Shown here: positions 62,381 to 64,000 of the stretch, one piece after another
Numbering within the stretch: the first letter of the stretch is position 1
How the letters are laid out: each line of letters opens with the position of its first letter
Assembly (NCBI RefSeq): GCF_004010195.1
Contig: NC_057719.1
Span: forward strand, 22,345,174 to 22,409,173
Direction: 5' to 3'
Origin: Chiloscyllium plagiosum
Taxonomy: Eukaryota
DNA length: 64,000 bases
Notes under the pieces: model-generated
What the model was told of the DNA's origin: nothing
The model's database searches: none
Seen by the model: the letters and a program-made list of their open reading frames with translations, nothing else
Program-made: the position numbers and the translations under genes

Positions 62381-63395
62381 GTCAGAATGACAGCAATGGA
62401 AAGTGTGGGAGTTAGAATGAACATTCATTTGCTTTTATACTAGATTGTCTTTATTCAGGTGGACTGAACTTGCTCAGTACCTGATTCAAATGGAGTTAGT
62501 GTGCATTGCCTTCTGCAGATGCTAACTAAGATGTGAAGGGATCCTGGAGAGATTTAAATGGAAGGGTGAGAAACATAAATTTGGAGTGTTTGACATTCTA
62601 AATCAGGGCAAATATTTGAATAAGCTGATATTTATGAAGTCAAAAAGGATGGCGCTGGAAAAGCACAGCAGGTCAGATAACATTTGGGGAGCAGGTCATG
62701 GAGAATGGAAAGAAAAGGGGGCGACTGGGTGCAGTGGAGCATAACAAAGCAAGGCTGAGATTTTCAGATGGGCAGAGGGAGGAGCAAAACATTTGCAACA
62801 GCAACTGAAAGGAAAATGTAGCAGAAAGTAGTGTTTGTGATGAGGAATATATGTCAACAGTTGGTCAGAACATGTTTATTCTGGTCAGAATGACAGCAAT
62901 GGAAAGTGTGGGAGTTAGAATGAACATTCATTTGCTTTTATACTAGATTATCTTTATTCAGGTGGACTGAACTTGCTCAGTACCTGATTCAAATGGAGTT
63001 AGTGTGCATTGCTTTCTGCAGATGCTAACTAAGATGTGAAGGGATCCTGGAGAGATTTAAAAGGAAGGGTGAGAAACATAAATTTGGAGTGTTTGACATT
63101 CTAAATCAGGGCAAATGTTTGAATAAGCTGATATTTATGAAGTCAAAAAGGATGGCGCTGGAAAAGCACAGCAGGTCAGATAACATTTGGGGAGCATGTC
63201 ATGGAGAATGGAAAGAAGAGGGGGCGACTGGGTGCAGTGGAGCATAACAAAGCAAGGCTGAGATTTTCAGATGGGCAGAGAGAGGAGCAAAACATTTGCA
63301 ACAGCAACTGAAAGGAAAATGTAGCAGAAAGGTGGAACTAGTGTTTGTGATGGGGAATATATGTCAACAGTTGCTCAGAACATGTTTATTCTGGT
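62381..63395. repeat. About 503-bp tandem duplication (2 copies)
   Basis: 62381-62883 is repeated at 62884-63393, with about nine substitutions and one 7-bp indel seen by eye. Confidence 0.95.
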
Positions 63396-63864
63396 ATGAA
63401 TAGATATGTTCAGTTTGCGCTGAGGTTGTGAATGAATGTGTTCAGCCTGTTACAATGGTCACAGTATGTAGTGATGAGTATGTGGAGCCTGTACTGCTTC
63501 CCAGAAGAAGTTTGGCAAAACAATGGAAACCCAGTAGCTGGTGATGTGGTTAAGCCAGATTTGATCATTACTTCAAGCAGGGTTAATGAAGCATAGGAAT
63601 ATAATCATTTTCACTTGAATCCCCAATCCTCTCCATTGAAAATCTGTCCAATTCTATCCTCATAACATCAGCAACCTCCATCCCACTCCATCATCTGTAC
63701 CATTGAAACAAAACCAACTCGAGGTTGCATTGACCATGCGCTTGCTATGTGTTAGTTCATTCATTTCAACAAGATGTGATCACTGCCCTAGTCAAGAATC
63801 TATCCAGCTCTATCTTGACAATGCTGCCAGTCAGCTCCCACTGCCTGGCTGGCAAGGCATTCCA

Positions 63865-63985
63865 GATGTTCTGATGAAATGTCGCATTGTTTTCTTCCCA
63901 TAGATGCTGCCAGACTTGCTGAATTTCACCAGCAATTTCTGTTTTTGTTTCAGATCTCCAGTATCTGCAGTTCGTTTGTCTTATT
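63865..63985 (+). mobile_element. Penelope-derived terminal-repeat fragment
   Basis: GTTCTGATGAAA...TAGATGCTGCCAGACTTGCTG...TTTCAGATCTCCAGTATCTGCAG. Confidence 0.7.
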
Positions 63986-64000
63986 ACTAAAGAGGTCTTT

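Noticed and set aside
1..64000. CRISPR arrays, operons or other prokaryotic systems
   Set aside because: The sequence is vertebrate repeat-rich DNA with no regularly spaced repeat-spacer array and no gene-dense organisation.

Overview
This is eukaryotic, AT-rich, CpG-depleted vertebrate DNA dominated by transposable elements. The repeat set (HE1/V-SINEs with CR1 tails, Deu-domain SINEs, many CR1 and Penelope-like fragments) points to a cartilaginous fish, probably a shark; this is an inference from recalled consensus sequences, not a database result. I could not support any host protein-coding exon. Every ORF I recognised is TE-derived: CR1 RT, Rex1, L2, Penelope GIY-YIG, or a decayed Gypsy gag/protease. 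The most notable non-repeat feature is a TE-free, CpG-rich island at about 46.0-49.9 kb with promoter motifs and splice signals, probably the 5' end of an unidentified gene. The most interesting structural signal is a set of minimal hammerhead-ribozyme motifs (CUGANGA - stem II - GAAA - palindromic stem III) in several distinct Penelope-derived terminal-repeat families. Several of these families occur as short palindromic elements flanked by 12-16 bp target-site duplications (TSDs). Other observations are a fossil, internally deleted Gypsy element with three nested insertions, two near-identical tandem duplications (178 bp and about 503 bp), an old local SINE duplication and a candidate developmental enhancer. 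There are two N-gaps. Boundaries of old repeats are approximate and were judged by eye.
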